Shown: positions 4,301 through 4,992 of the stretch, one piece after another
Position numbering within the stretch: the first letter of the stretch is position 1
Layout: the number at the start of each line of letters is the position of its first letter
IMG/VR virus record: IMGVR_UViG_2703718815_000007
Source of the DNA: a virus
Taxonomy: Duplodnaviria > Heunggongvirae > Uroviricota > Caudoviricetes
Reading direction: 5' to 3' (one strand)
DNA: 4,992 nt
Notes under the pieces: model-generated
Told to the model about the DNA's origin: nothing
Database searches by the model: none
What the model saw: only the letters and a program-made list of their open reading frames with translations
Translations under genes and position numbers: made by a program

Positions 4301-4992
4301 AACTGGCACCGAACTTAAAAAAACAGCCACACGACAAAATGACCGAAGTCATTATTTTTGCGGGTAGTGATGCCTGGGCGCACGCGAAACAGTGGCAGGA
4401 ACAGGACGGGCGACTTGCTGGCGACAACGTGCCACCTGTATGGCTTGGAGACAGCCAGCTTGACGAACTGGCAGACCTGAAAATTATCGACGATGGTCGC
4501 TATTGTGTCCGGCTATACAAGGCAGGCCACATCAAGCCGTCAAATATTAATGCCATCGGGCAAAAACTGGCGGCGGCAGGTGTACGGGATGCGAATTATT
4601 ACCCTGAGGGAATGCACAGCCAGAAGCTGGAGAACTGGCACGACTACCTGCAACGGATCCGCGAACAGGCAGAGCGCGGGGAAATACTTACTGACGAGCA
4701 ATACAGCCAGCGAAAAACCACGCTACCAATGAGTATTGGATCTACAGGGTACGACACACAGCTTGATTATGTCGTTAAGGGCGTTATTCCGGCTAATTCA
4801 TTGTGCAGCACATACGGCGCGAGCGGTTCTTATAAATCGTTCCTCGCGTGTTCCTGGGCGTGTCATGTTGCCACGGGGCGCCACTGGGGAGGCCGCAGGG
4901 TTGCGCATGGTTCGGTGATGTATGTTGTCGGTGAAGGTGGCATTGGTGTCCCCCGCCGTATCAGGGCATGGGAAATCGTTAATGATGAACGG
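4297..4992 (+). CDS. replication protein, 5' partial (runs off window): possible Toprim-like N-terminal region fused to a RepA/AAA_25-like P-loop NTPase
   Basis: Hand-translated 232 codons with no stop to the window end. SD AGGGG 6 nt upstream. C-terminal part YVVKGVIPANSLCSTYGASGSYKSFLACSWACHVATGRHWGGRRVAHGSVMYVVGEGG matches the RepA/AAA_25 pattern (...G..GSGKSFLAL..A.AVATGR.W.GR.V..G.VLY...E). The N-terminal region has E...DDG spacing that may be Toprim-like; that part is tentative. Confidence 0.8.
   Translation, partial: MKLAPNLKKQPHDKMTEVIIFAGSDAWAHAKQWQEQDGRLAGDNVPPVWLGDSQLDELADLKIIDDGRYCVRLYKAGHIKPSNINAIGQKLAAAGVRDANYYPEGMHSQKLENWHDYLQRIREQAERGEILTDEQYSQRKTTLPMSIGSTGYDTQLDYVVKGVIPANSLCSTYGASGSYKSFLACSWACHVATGRHWGGRRVAHGSVMYVVGEGGIGVPRRIRAWEIVNDER

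Noticed and set aside
4493-4918. Two plus-strand frame-2 ORFs (4493..4732 and 4736..4918)
   Set aside because: They lie inside the longer frame-1 RepA-like ORF (4297..>4992), which carries the recognisable P-loop region and a good SD; these are alternative-frame artefacts.

Overview
This window reads as the integrase-proximal end of a P4-like / PICI-like integrative satellite element from an enterobacterium; all family assignments are from motif recognition by eye, with no database search. Left to right: an upstream repeat-rich region (1-163); a P4-type tyrosine integrase (164..1414, +); a 10/20-bp phased repeat array and a hairpin terminator; an AlpA/Vis-family regulator (1791..1979, +); a 426-codon open frame (2032..3312, +) that I do not accept as one gene; a leftward two-gene cassette inside it (Arc-like RHH protein 2906..2727 and a small basic protein 2684..2496) ending at hairpin terminators; a divergent promoter region with three GTGTT-N-AACAC palindromic operators (2955-3009); and a rightward, translationally coupled operon (small Icd/Kil-like ORF 3106..3312, three ORFs of unknown function, and a 5' partial RepA/AAA_25-like replication ATPase 4297..>4992). 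The RepA-like ORF is missing from the supplied track because it runs off the window end; the RHH ORF is missing because it is 59 aa. The most notable observations are the operator/RHH switch, a G10 homopolymer inside a coding ORF, the repeat family bracketing int, and a non-canonical Walker A (GASGSYKS). No CRISPR array, tRNA or rRNA was found.
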